Part shown: in pieces, positions 48,721-62,312 of the stretch | Position numbering within the stretch: position 1 is the first letter of the stretch | Layout of the letters: the number at the start of each line of letters is the position of its first letter | NCBI GenBank assembly: GCA_951406725.2 | Contig: OX597836.1 | Coordinates: 30,380,001 to 30,444,000 of the forward strand | Source: Octopus vulgaris | Lineage: Eukaryota | Direction of reading: 5' to 3' | Length of the DNA: 64,000 bases | Made by a program: the position numbers and the translations under genes | Notes under the pieces: model-generated | What the model saw: only the letters and a program-made list of their open reading frames with translations | Databases searched by the model: none | Told to the model about the DNA's origin: nothing

Positions 48721-50773
48721 TATACATGTATTCATATACACACGATGACGATGATGATAACAGGCTTCTTTCAGTTTCCATCTACCAAATTTACTCACAA
48801 GGTTTTGGTTGACCAATAGCTCTATGAAAAGATGCTGCTCAAGGTGCTACATAGTGGTACCCAACCCAAAACCATGCAGTTGAGAAGCAAGCTTATTATT
48901 CTATATAAGTTATTATTAATACTTAACTACTAAAATTTAACCAAAGGAAAAGTCAATCAAGCAAGATGACCATATGAAAGAGTTCATAATAGAAAAGACC
49001 AATTCCTATTTCGATTAAGATATTGCTTCTAGTGGCAGCTGACATTAATAAATGATAGCAAATTAAATGAATTTAATCTAATAATCTATTTCAGTCCATA
49101 TTATCTAATATTAAAAATCACAGAAAGCGAGAACTAGAAAAGAAACAAAGCTTGACTGCAGCCCCATATTTTAAATTTCTGAATGTCATTGTTGTCGTTA
49201 ATATTTAGCTTCAGGTAAGGCGGCAAGCAGGCAGAATCATTAGCGCTCCAGGCAAAATGCTTAGTGACATTCCATCCGTCTTTACATTCTCAGTTCAAAT
49301 TCTGTAAAGGATGACTTTGCTTTTCATACTGTTGGGAGTTGATGAAATAAGTACCAATTTATCACTGGAGTTGGTGTAATCAATCCCACTGCAAAGCACT
49401 ATGGGCAAGTGTCTTCTGCTATAGCCTTAGGCCAACCAAAGCCTTGAGAGTGGATTTGGTAGATGGAAACTGAAAGAAGCCTGTCATGTTTGTTTGTGTG
49501 TGTGTGTTGTCTTGACATCTTGTGAGAGTTGTAAATGAGTGTCACCATCATACAAGCATCGTCATTCATTTCTGATATTCTGTGAGAACATGTCTGGCCA
49601 TGAGGAAATATTATCTTGCTTGGAAACAGATGAGGCTGGCAAACAGGAAGGGCATCTCACGATAGAAATCTACTTCGAATAAACTCCACCCAAGCAGGGA
49701 AAAGTGGACATTAAAATGGTGATAATGATGAATGCATTCCTGGAAGTTAGTATCATTGATAAATTACTGTTGCATTAACTGATTTGCTTTAATGCCATAC
49801 TGTACTATTGACTACATCTATAGATTTTTACCAAAGCCACAAGTCCAAGCTAAGTGTTTACATCAGTCTATACATATGGTGTTGGTTAAAAATTTATAAA
49901 TATTTTCTGTAACACAGCATAGATACTTATATTAAATTGCTATTTTGTTCTTGAGGCTAAAATAATGGTGTTTTTTTTTTTTTAACAGTTTTCTTTTTCT
50001 TTTTTTAGGAAACTTCGTCAGTGAGTGGTTTCATGTTTGAATGCAGGTGAAACTTCACCTGCAGATAAACTTCTCCACTCTTTCACAGAGGCTCCTTTAT
50101 CTGGAATTAATATATATTTCTATTACAAGCTAGATCTATCTGGAAAATAGCAGTTCAACACCTGAATGAAACCTATCAAGAGTAATAGCATTTCAGATTG
50201 TTTTCACTGTTAAACTTGTCGATAGAATCAAATCCCATTGTACATTATTAATCTAATGAAGACTTTTGACTGTTCTGTCGGTGTAATCGCTGTATTTACA
50301 CACACGTGTGTGCACGTGCATGTGTGTGTGCATGTACATAACTATAAATGTTTAAATACACGTACATAAAAATAGTCATGTACAGATAAAATTATACAGG
50401 TATATATTTGGAGTCATATCAGTATGTATCTAGGTTCATTGCGAAACTAGACCCCCAAGGGAGCCATTTAGGCAGTTTGAGACAAGAATAGAACCAAACA
50501 GCTTTATTATTTATTACTTAACAATTCAGAGGGATCAATACACACTTCATCCCCAAGATGCCAAACAATAGTTGTGAAACACTACTTTTTAAAATATAAG
50601 CAAGAACATACCTGGGAACACCCTGCAACCCAACACCTCTAAATCCACCTATTTTGTATGTCATATTTTCCCTCTTCATCTCTAACAGCATGCTAATAAT
50701 GGTCTGTCAAAGTTCAAATCTCATGTCACAGACAACTTTTACTGTGTCTCCACCAACTTTGTATACTGCATCA

Positions 50774-51005
50774 AAGGCGGTGAGCTGGCAAACACGTTAG
50801 TGCACCAGGTGAAATGCTTAGCGGTATTTCATCTGTTGCTAAGTTCTGAGTTCAAACTCCGCCGAGGTCAACTTTGCCTTTCATCCTTTCGGGGTCGATA
50901 AATAAAGTACCAGTTTTACACTGGGGTCGATAGAATCGACTTAATCCCTTTGTCTGTCCTTGTTTGTCCCCTCTATGTTTAGCCCCTTGTGGGCAATGAA
51001 GAAAT
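50774..51005 (+). mobile_element. SINE family A, full-length young copy
   Basis: Matches 24527-24758. Confidence 0.9.
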
Positions 51006-51298
51006 ATGTATACTGTATCAAACGTAAACTTTTCAATTCCATCTGTATGTACAGACGAAACAGAACATTGCTTAAGTGACCATTTTTGCAAGTGCAGTAA
51101 GAGACCTCTGATGCAGCCTCCAAGAATCTAGAATTTCAAGGAACCCAGGAATACTGTGCAATATCATACATTATACTACTGTATCCTGCAATGAGTAAAC
51201 AGACCCTGTTTTCAAAGTTGGTTAATTTGTATACAGTGAGTTAAAGACAATTTTGTTCTTTACTTTTTTAAGTAGGTTAATAAAGGTTAAAAATACTC

Positions 51299-51667
51299 TC
51301 TCTCTTTTACTCTTTTACTTGTTTCAGTCATTTGACTGCGGCCATGCTGGAGCACCGCCTTTAATCGAGCAAATCGACCCCAGGACTTGTTCTTTTGTAA
51401 GCCCAGTACTTATTCTATCGGTCTCTTTTGCCGCACCGCTAAGTTACGGGGACATAAACACACCAGCATCGGTTGTCAAGCAATGCTAGGGGACAAACAC
51501 AGACACACACACGCATATATATATATATATACATATATACGACGGGCTTCTTTCAGTTTCCGTCTACCAAATCCACTCACAAGGCTTTGGTCGGCCCGAG
51601 GTGCCACGCAGTGGGACTGAACCCGGAACCATGTGGCTGGTAGACAAGCTACTTACCACACAGCCAC
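51299..51667 (-). mobile_element. SINE family B, young copy with a small internal deletion
   Basis: Reverse complement of 47108-47500; CpGs retained. Confidence 0.9.
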
Positions 51668-53789
51668 AGAAATTCTATGAATGTGTCCTCGTGGCTGTTA
51701 AATAAAATCATGTTCTTTAATTCTCATCTTATGAACATCATACTTTATACATGGTCCAGTATAATATATCTTAAGAACTTTAAGTAGATTAATAAATATC
51801 AAACAGACCCTGCATTACAAGTGTATTTGAATCTGTTAATTACAACTTAGTTTTTTTACTTTTCATAGTTTATTTTATATTTTAAGTATATAGTTAGACT
51901 GTCTCCAGAAAACCAGAAGATTCGGAAACCTGTGTCACTTTCAACCCCAAGCTAGCTGGATATTTGGTCCAGTACTGTGCCTTTATGATGTATGTAATAG
52001 CACCCAAGCAATCTTCAAACCTGTAGATTGATATTTAAATTCACACAGCCATTCTTTCAATTCTCTCTCCCTCTCTCTCTCTCTCTCTCTGTGGAGTTAT
52101 CTTACATCACAACTCCATTTTTTATCTTTTATTTCACTCACTTGACTGTGATCACACTGGGGTAACACCTTACCCACAAAAAAACAAAAAACACAGAGAA
52201 ATCTTTACTCTGGGCTTTTCTTCATTCACAATTATTAACAAACACTTTACAACCTCATTGTCCACCTCCAACCACATTATAGTTGCAAGTACTGCCTCCC
52301 CAGCACCTTTTCACAACTACATACTTATATGTACTTATTTCTGTTGGTTGTATTGTTTGAACTCTGGGTCAGCCTTGGTTGCACTAGCTTCTTGTAAGAG
52401 ACATTCCACCCATGACAATTCCATCTTTTTTTGTATAATGAGGATTGCACTGTCCAATGTGTCCTTCCATTTTTGAGCTAATGGTTTTAGATATGAAAGA
52501 AGATTTAGCTCTTCTCAAACACATAGTTTTGGGTTCAGTCCTATTGCGTGGCACTTGAGCAAGTTCGCACTACTATTGTATGGGCCAGACCGAAGCCCTG
52601 TGAATGATTTCATAGACAGAAACTGAAAGAAGCCCATCAAACGTGTGAGGGTATGTATGTGCACACATGCGTCTGCATGCACATGTGTGTTACTGCGTCT
52701 TTGTTTTGACATCATGTGATGTTTGTAAAAGAGTGTCACCATTAAACAACCATTGTCCTTTGTTTCCAATATTCTGTGAAAACATGTCTGGTCACGGAAA
52801 AAATATTACCTTCCTTATTAGATGGATTGGTGACACGAAGGGTACCTGGCCATAGCAATATCTGCCTCTAAAAGATTTCATCTGACCCATGTGAGCATGG
52901 AGATGATGATGGGGGGGGGGTGCATTTATACCTGCATAGCATTTCCCTTTTGTTGCCTTTCTCTCTTCCTCACCACAGTCAAAGTTTTTTTTTTTTTCAA
53001 ATCTGCTGGCCATTCTTTTGCTTTCTCCTCCTTCTGACCATTCCCCACCCCGCTCCTTGTTACTCCTTCTTCTTTGTTTACTTTCCTTTCCTTTCCTTCT
53101 CTCACCTATATTCATCCTTCAACACCAGTTGAGAGTTCTTTTCTCCTCAGATTCATTCTGCTGATTGAATTATGTCTTTTACATAAAGATACACAAGAAA
53201 ATAATTGTTGCTGTTGGAGGTGGTGGTGGTGGTGTTTTTTAACCCCAGGTTAGTTCCGACAAAGCAGAACAATGATCAAAGATGTTGCAACTGCAACCAT
53301 CCCCTTCTTTCATTTAGAATTAGCACATTCAGCACTACGTTATTCAATGTGCCCTTTCTTTTTTAAAACGATAGTGTTTGATTTAAGAGAGATTTGGCTC
53401 CTATTTCTATAAGATCATGAAATCACATTGAAGCTTTCTCACCCCCCACCACCACCACATTGTAAAAGAAAAGCTAAGACAGAAATGAAATTAGTATCAA
53501 AGAGCTACCATTTTATTATTTATTTAAAACAGTAGGTGTGATATGAGTGAGATCTGGCTGCTATGTTTTGCAGGTCAAGCAACTACAACGAAATACTCTT
53601 GTTGGTTTATGGAAAGGCTTATGTAATGGTGTAAGAGATGTTTGTGGCTGAGAAATTACAATAGAGAGAGATAGATGCTTGCCTCTTTAAAAAAAATGGT
53701 TTGGTATTTTTAGTATTAAAAATGCTTCAGACAAAAATATATTAAAACTATTCATGTTTCCTACGTAATATTAGATAACTCTTGTCATA

Positions 53790-53971
53790 GTAGTGCGTAT
53801 GCATGTCTGTGTGAGTGAGTGTTTGTAAGAGACTGTATGCGTAAGAGAAAAGAAAGGGAGGTTGTATGCACGTGTGTGTGTATGTGTGTGTGTGAGAGAG
53901 AGGGAAGGGAAGGGCTATATGCGTAAGAGAAAGACAGAGAAGTTGTGTGTGTGTGAGAAAGAAAGAGGAGG

Positions 53972-54009
<38 letters not shown>

Positions 54010-54910
54010 ATGTGTGAGTATGTATAAGTGTGTGTGCATGTGTGTGTGTGTGCATGAGTGTGTGTGTGTGAGACAGAGAAAGAAGGGGGCTGTGTGTATG
54101 TGTGTGTGAGTATGTATAAGTGTGTGTGCATGTGTGAGAGAGAGAAAGAGGGGGCTGTGTGTATGTGTGTGTAAGTGTGTACATGTGTGAGTGTATGTAT
54201 AAGTGTGTGTGCATATGTGTGTGAGAGAGAAAGAAGGGGGCTGTGTGTATGTGTGTGTAAGTGTGTACATGTGTGAGTGTATGTATAAGTGTGTGAGAGA
54301 GAGAAAGAAGGGGGCTGTGTGTATGTGTGTGTAAGTGTGTACATGTGTGAGTGTATGTATAAGTGTGTGTGCATGTGTGTGTGAGAGAGAAAGAGGGGGC
54401 TATGTGTATGTGTGTGTGCATGTGTACATGTGAGTGTATGTATAAATGTGCATGTGTGTGTGTGTGAGAGAAAGAAGGGAGCTATGTGTATGTGTGTGTA
54501 TGTGTGTACATGTGAGTGTATGTATAAGTGTATGTGTGAGAGAGAGAAAGAAGGGGCTGTGTGTAAGTGTGTACATGTGTGAGTGTATGTATAAGTGTGT
54601 GTGCATGTGTGTGTGTGAGAGAGAGAGAAGTAGAGACAGAGAGTCTGTATGTGCATGTGAGACAGTGTATGTAAGAGACAGTGCATTTGTGTGTATGTAC
54701 ACGAGGGATTTTTGCATGCGTATGACAGTACATGTATGCGTAAAAGACAGTGTATGGGTGCAAGTAAGAAAGTGTGAAGTGTGAGTAAAACTGAGAAAGT
54801 GTGTAGAGAAATGTGAGTGAGAGAGAGACAGGGGAGTGGGAAGGAAGGAAGGAGGAGGGGAGTGAAAGAAAGAGAAAGAGTGTGTGTGTGTGTGTGTGTG
54901 CGTGCGTGCA
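53790..54910. repeat. Minisatellite (~70-90-bp variable unit) built from (GA)n/(GT)n blocks
   Basis: Recurrent GAGAGAGAAAGAAGGGGGCTGTGTGTATG...GTACATGTGTGAGTGTATGTATAAGTGTG; explains the 387-aa His/Thr ORF. Confidence 0.9.
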
Positions 54911-55483
54911 TATGGGTAAGTGTGTGATTGCGTGTATGTATTTTTTGAGATAAAAAGATGTTATTTTATATTGCTGATGTTCTCTGAGCCATACACAACA
55001 ACAACAACAACAACAGCAACAACATTGTGGAACTTATAATAATAACAATAATAAAAAGAAGAAGAAGAAGAAGAGTACGCAATGATAATTATACTACTAA
55101 ATAGGAAGATGGTTTTTAACAGAATTCTCGATTATTCTACACTAACTAGGTTTCCATTCTGTTGTTCACAAAAAAAAAACCAAAAACAAAAAAAAAACCA
55201 AATGCTTGAAATATATCTTCGTTATGAAGATCATTATGTTTTAAATGCCAATTAATCATGCACATATTTATCAAGGTAAAAGTAAAAATAGACAAAAAAA
55301 AATAAATAAATGATAATATATCTATTAAACAGGATGTGTTATCTATACACTGGTATGTGTGTATACAAACACACACACACACATATATGTGTGTGTGTAT
55401 GTGTGAGTACACACACACATATATAACTATCATTATTTTACTTCCTGTTTTCATGCTGGCATGGGTGGGACCATATATATATG

Positions 55484-55543
<60 letters not shown>

Positions 55544-55653
55544 ATCTTCTTTAACAATAACAAATACAGGATAACGTAAGATTTCATTCAGAGTTGGTCT
55601 ATATTCATACACACATACATGTATATATACATAAGCATCTATTGTTTTTGTGT

Positions 55654-55702
<49 letters not shown>

Positions 55703-56909
55703 CACCTTAACGTAAAGAAACATCTACCTGTTAAGAATATTCCACTTGCTTTTGTCAATTACAAATCAGGAAGGAAAAATAAAAAGAAACAAAATATATA
55801 CTGTTAATTTATTTTACGTTTAGATTTTAATAGAGTACATAATTTGAAATCTAATTAAAAATTGCCTCAAAGAAAAATTCCAAAAAAAAATATTCGCGGT
55901 AACATTAAATGAAGTGAAAGGTAAAAGCCCAAAGTAACACCACTGATATTAAATTCATTTTACACACCATGCCTGCAAGACAACAGGTGCCACATGAACA
56001 AAAAAAAAAAAGGAAAAGAAATTTAAAACAAAACAACAAAAATGCAATTGCTAAACAAAAAGATAAAATGAAACTTCAAAATTTCAAAAAAACCTAAAAT
56101 CTATTATGCTGTCAAAAGAAAAAAAAATTTATTTTTTTCCCCCAATTTTCTTCTACACTTTAAAATAGTAAGAAATAAATTTAAAAATCAATAAATCTTA
56201 GAAAGTAAGAAACTAACAAACATTGCACACTACTGCAGCAAAATTCCAATGCATTACATTCCAATTTTTATCATCATAATCATCACCGCTGTCGTCATTG
56301 CAGTATAAATGGTGCATTTTAAACTATTTGTAATGCCATGTTACCACCATGCATGTTCTTCACTCCTCCTTTTTATTTTTGCTTCTGAAAATTGCAAAGA
56401 ACTGATTCCTAAATATCCTTACTCCCTGCCAACATGTGCAAAACGAGATTGCAAGGCAAAAAATAAAGGTGAAAATAAAAAGCTTAAGAAATTTTCTTGA
56501 CACATGGTTCCAAGAAAGAAAAAAAAAGGCTAACTCAATATTAGCGGTGAGCAGCAATTTTCAGGTGATTTTTGAAGTTCGATAAATACCTTTAATACTT
56601 TCTAACATTTCTCCTCACCATCTCCTTTCTCCTTATGTGTGTATGTGTGTGTGAGTGTGTGCGCATGCATGTGCATATATATATAACAACACACCTGCAT
56701 ATATATAGTCATACACACACAAAATTTATTCAGTGGCTTTGCTCCTTTGTAAATGTGTAGAATATCAGATCCCTACTTGAAAATCAGGAAAGGGTTAGTG
56801 ACAGGAAGGGCATTTAACTGTAGAATAATGCCTCAATAACACAAGCTAGCATGAGGAAAGGGATAAAATGAACAAGCAAATACATATGTGTATGTATGTA
56901 TGTATGTAT

Positions 56910-57308
56910 CAAAGGGCGGAGGAACTCTTGAGAGTCAACGGCCATCCAATAAATGTCCTTAAGGATGTATCATGCGCGGGGACATAGAAATAATCGGACT
57001 GAATACCCGATCGCACGGTTAAACCATTGGGAATGAAGAACTCCTAGCCTTTATTAGGACATCCTTCTAGGAGAAGGTAACTCAGGTAACTGGGATAACT
57101 CCAACATAAAACCTGCGGCTCAGTGGTTACCGATGATGTTGACTTCTTCTTTTCGGATTATGGCTGCTGTTGCTTAGTGAGTGAGATTGACTCAGTGCAC
57201 AGCCTTTCCTCACTTTAAAAAAAATCTTCTTGCACAGGCATTGCACGATAACAACATTGATTAAGCTTCATGCAATGGCCATACTCGATAACAAGGGGGC
57301 AGCCACCA
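56910..57308 (+). mobile_element. Young ~400-bp CpG-rich retroposon embedded in (TATG)n
   Basis: Flanked by TATG repeats on both sides; internal CTAGGAGAAGGTAACTC...AAAACC resembles RTE 5'UTR motifs. Confidence 0.55.
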
Positions 57309-59059
57309 TGTATGTATGTATAGACTCTCACTACTGCTGAACAAGTATTGTTGGTTTGTTTACATCCCTGTAATTTAGCATTTGAGCAAAAAGTGGCTGA
57401 TAGAATTTGTACCAGGCTTGAAAATAAATACTGAGGTTAATATGAGCAGGTAGAAACAAAAAAACTCTTGAAAATGGTGCCGCAGCATAGCCACAGTCTA
57501 ATGACTGAAACCAGTAAAAGAATATCGACTGAATATTTGTCAGGGAATATCATACAGTGCAGGCATGGCTTAAGGCACAACTGCATCTTAAGCCACATGT
57601 GTGGCTATGTGGTGAAGAAGCTTGCTTTTCAATTGTGTAATCTCGGATTCAGTCCCACTATGCAGCACCTTGGGCAAGTGTCTTCTACAATAGTGCCAGG
57701 CTGACCAAAGCCTTGAAAGGATTTGGGAGTCAGAAAGTGAAAGAAGCCCAGTGTATGTGTGTGTGTGATGTGGTTATAAATGAGTATCACCTTCATACAA
57801 ATGATGCTTATTCCTAGTCTTCCATGTAAACATGTCTGGCCATGAGGAAACATTATGTTGCTTAGAAACAGGTGGGGGTTGGCAACAGGAAGAGCATCTG
57901 GCAAAAGAAAATCTGCCTCAACAATGTCTGCCTGACACATGCAATAATGGAAAAACAGATGTTAAATGATTATGATGATGATGATTATATATGCTACAAA
58001 ATGACAATAATTAGTAGTAGTTATACCAATATTTAACTTAAACTTAAGGTGGGGGAATTGTTTATCATTTAATCAGAGGTGGAAGAGCAACATCATGGCC
58101 CTTTTCAGGGCCACCCAGACTGGCAGTGGGGAAGAAAGGTATCCTTAAGCTGAGCGGAGTCTAGAAAAGGCACCAAAGGGCAAACGGTGGTGTTAAATCA
58201 TGTGACCTAAAAAGGTCACGGGGGGGGGGGGGGGCAAATTCAGAAATCAAAGAGCTGGAATAAATACCAGAAAGCTTCCAGTCAGATGCTCTAATGTTTC
58301 CAGCAATCCAGTGCCCTAGACAGGCATTTCACCAACCCCAGAAAGATGAAAGGCAAAAGTGACCTCAGTAAGAATTTAAACTGAGCAAACTCTATTCAAG
58401 GCATCCAAAGGCTCTCTGGTGGTAGACTTATACTAGTGAGTCTACCACTCAATAACAGCAATGGTCCTTATAATAGGCTTCCAAACAGTTTCTATCTACT
58501 AAATTTCATTCACAAGGTTTCAGTTGATCTGGAAGGTATTTGTCCATAGTAGGACTGAACCTGATACTATGTAGTCATGAAACAAATTTCTTGACCTAAT
58601 GCCTCCGAAAAAATGCTGAAGAATAATACTGTCAACTTTATATTTATAAAAAGATGATGGACAAAAAATCTCTGTCAGAGAGCACAAACAGATGTGGAAT
58701 TTCTACAACTAGAAAATTATGAAATAACAAGAATATCTAAGAATGAAAATGGGTAAATTAATGTAAAATGCAAGAAAACAAGAATAAAGTCATTTCTACT
58801 TCCACTCCATAAGAATTTAAGAGATGCAGAAAGAAGAGAAGGGATGGGAAAGAAGAAGAGAGACAAACAGTGAGAAATGGACAGAGGGATGAGAGAGATA
58901 GAAAAGATGAGAGAGATATAAAAAAAAAGATAGAGTGAGAAATTGACACGGAGAGAAAGAACAGATATGCAGGATGAAAATTTCTTTCACAGTAATATAT
59001 GATTATTTTGATACAAAATAATTATTTGCAGTCAGTTGTAGTGACGATGGCTGTTCACA

Positions 59060-59283
59060 GTTTTGGCATGACTTGATAAGCTTTCTCCATACAGGTCATT
59101 TTTTTTTTTTTTTTTTTGCTTGAGTTTGTCATTTCTGATGATAAATTCCTTTCCACTTCATATTTCTTTTTGCAGTATCTTTGAATCTCTGTCTAAGTCT
59201 TCCATGGTTTCTTTTTCTCTTGCATATTTGGGAGTCTGGGGAGTCTGCTGTTGTCCACCTTGTGTACAGGTCCCAACCAATGT
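59060..59283 (-). pseudogene. RTE (BovB-like) LINE 3' fragment
   Basis: Minus strand reads HWLGPVHKVDNSRLPR... then RNHGRL.QRFKDTAKRNMKW-like. Confidence 0.55.
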
Positions 59284-60395
59284 AATAGTATGATACAAAA
59301 ATAAAATCTATCCAGTTTGTATCAAGTACATACGAGCAACATCAAATAATGTGTAAAAATTCTGAAAAGGTAATTTTTTTGTAATATTTGTATGTGCAAT
59401 ATATTCTTCACACTGTCAGTTCATAAGCCACCATGTACTCTTTGAACTGAAGTGTCTTTGTTCAATAAACTCAGCTAATTAGGAAAAGGTATTTCAGAAG
59501 TGTACTTGGCATGTATGTAATTTGATATGAAACTGTATGTTGTAACTAAAATGACAACAGCATGGAAGACACATATAAGCCATTCAAAAATACACAAAGA
59601 CTCCTGACTTCACTTAGACATTTATTAATTAGTGTCAAAATTTTCATTGCATGAAGTGCAACCAGGTCATTGATACGATTCCACTGCGTTGTCGATATCG
59701 TAAATGTATTAAACCAAAAAAATATGAATAAATATATGGGTTTGTATCTGTAGTCTTGCTGTGAAATTAGGCTCTGATCATGACCTTTTGGGTAAATTGC
59801 ATCTAGGGCTACTGCTTATAAATATAAATACTTCAATTTCTTTTAGATCTTTCATCTTATTCACTGCAGTAGCAAAATGACAAGCAGCTACGATAGTGTC
59901 TCAGCTATAACAAAGGCTAAATAACTACCATCACAGAATTCTAACACTTATAGGCATTAGATTTTATGCCCATACAGAAACAACCTATTGCAGTACTAAA
60001 GTATAAACTATATTCTTATGCATTTGACTCTGCTTTGAAATTAGGCCCATGAGAGCATTTTTGGCAGTTTGGAACCAACAAAATGACAGTTTAAAATACA
60101 GATTCAACCAGCCAATTTCATTGTTATATCACAGTTCTTTAGAATTTGCTTACCACTCCATCCCAAACTGCTAGTCATAGGAACAGAGCATCACTTATTA
60201 GAAAAATATGTGCTTAAGCACACACTTATTTACGTAATGGTACAAGGTGAATGGCCAGACAAAATATATTAGACTTCAATCAAATTACTGTTTCTTTCCA
60301 GTAATCATTTTAATACCAGTAAGTTGGTTAAGAAAGTTTTTTCTCAAAAATGCTTTTTTTTTCTTTCTTTTATAGATATAAAAAAAAAATCTTAC

Positions 60396-60428
60396 CTTAA
60401 ACAAATTTAAAAATTCTTTAGTACGTAC
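60396..60428 (-). other. Candidate 33-nt in-frame microexon (VRTKEFLNLFK) / recursive-splicing exon
   Basis: cttttttctttgtattttag|GTACGTACTAAAGAATTTTTAAATTTGTTTAAG|gtaagatt; strong pyrimidine tract and donor; only phase 0 is open. Confidence 0.55.
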
Positions 60429-60530
60429 CTAAAATACAAAGAAAAAAGTTATTAGATTTTTGAAGGATGCCATGGAAGTCAAAACAAACAAAATGTATAT
60501 GTGTGTGTACACACACACACAGACACATAA

Positions 60531-60566
<36 letters not shown>

Positions 60567-60620
60567 AACCCTCCACCTCCTCCTTTTTGTCACTCAGGAA
60601 AAAAGAAGGTTTAGAGTCAG

Positions 60621-60657
<37 letters not shown>

Positions 60658-60672
60658 AATAAATAAATACAT

Positions 60673-60738
<66 letters not shown>

Positions 60739-61624
60739 ACATTATATTTTAATCATATAAGAACACATGAAAGATGTTATGTTAATTTTGTTTTTCAATT
60801 ATTTGTTCATACACCAAAATTTGTTGTTGCACTTCTGCAACTTGTTCACCAACACAATTCTCCTGCTCTCATTAAAATTATTTACAAACGATGAAAATTT
60901 TGAAACTGTGCCTATATATATTCACAAGCGCACATACTTATACGTATTGTCGCAAGCACACACATTATTTTATGTTTCCATGTAATGCTTCTGATACATA
61001 TGTTGTTTGAAATATATACTTTCTGGTGAGAATAAAAAAAAAGAAGAGAAAAACTCCCAGATAATTACGAGATGGTGAGACATTTGAACAAGCAATGTTT
61101 ACAGGCACAAGACCAAAAATCTTTAAGGAATGAGGAATGAGATTATACAGAATTCTTGCACTTCTGAGAAGCATAAGTATCCTAAGTCAAGTGAAATGGC
61201 TACGATCTGAAATTTGTCAGGATTCCAACACCCCAAGAGCTAATATTCCTCAGTAACTCAATAAATCTGGAAAGTAACCAAAATGTTTGTGCAGAATTGG
61301 TCAAACTATAAAAGTATTTGCTTTTCTCAACTGAACATACAAATTACAAAAGCACAAACATTTTTTTTTTTTAAATGTGAAATCTCAGTTATTAATTGGA
61401 AGTAAAATATTTAATGAATGAAACATTAATTTAGAGCTACATTTCTTTAATGGGCTTAAAGTATTACCCTAGTTAAGCTAAGTTATTTGACAAAGAGGGT
61501 AATTGGTACAAATGAAGGCTATGTGGGAGAGAGCATAATTTTGGAGTTAAAAAATGAAATTATCAAAAATAATGAATAAATATTGAAATTTGAGAAGTCT
61601 GTGAACACTACAGAAGAGGAACAG

Positions 61625-61685
<61 letters not shown>

Positions 61686-62019
61686 CATATGTATAATCCT
61701 CATCATCATTTAACATCTGTTTTCCATGCTGGCATGGGTTGGTCATTTCAATTGAAACTGACAAGTTAGAAGACTGTGCCAAGCTTTGCTATCTGCTTTG
61801 GCATGGTTTCTATGGTTGGATGCCCTTCATAATACTTTACAGAGTATATCGGGTGTTTTTTAAGTAGCACCAACAGTACTGAAGTCACCAAGTAACTAGC
61901 AAGACAAGACCCTTCAACTGATTGGAGGAGTAGTTTTGAGGGAAAGAAAAAGGGTGTCTTACTATAAACAAGAAATATAGCTGCCTCAGATGAAAAGAGA
62001 AGGACATTCTTTTAATGAC

Positions 62020-62312
62020 CTCACAAATCACAAATCCCTTCAGGTAGATGGCCCTGCTCAATCTGTAGAAAAGGCATAAGTAGAAACTCCATAAGATGTA
62101 CTCGGTGTAAGCTATGGACCACATAAGAAGTGCAGCAATATAAGAGGAAGGTTAATAAAGAAAATAGCTTTTGTGTGTGGAAGATGCACAGGTACAATAA
62201 ACATTGAAAATGTACAGAAAATAGACTCCATCAACTGCTGGGTGGGGGGGTGGGGGAAGAAGTTGGAGGTAGTAGATAGCTTCCATTATCTAGGTGACCA
62301 AGTCAGTAGCAA
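62020..62312 (+). pseudogene. Third RTE-clade LINE fragment (PHD-like finger region)
   Basis: PSGRWPCSICRKGISRNSIRCTRCKLWTT...CGRCTG...LEVVDSFHYLGDQVSS. Confidence 0.75.

Noticed and set aside
53748-54911. 387-aa ORF, the longest in the window
   Set aside because: It lies entirely within a CA/CT minisatellite, overlapping frames are also open, and it has no domain features.
55706-55727. Possible 22-nt minus-strand exon (cttaacag|GTAGATGTTTCTTTACGTTAAG|gtgtgt)
   Set aside because: The donor is supplied by a (GT)n microsatellite and the pyrimidine tract is distant, so it is too weak without RNA data.
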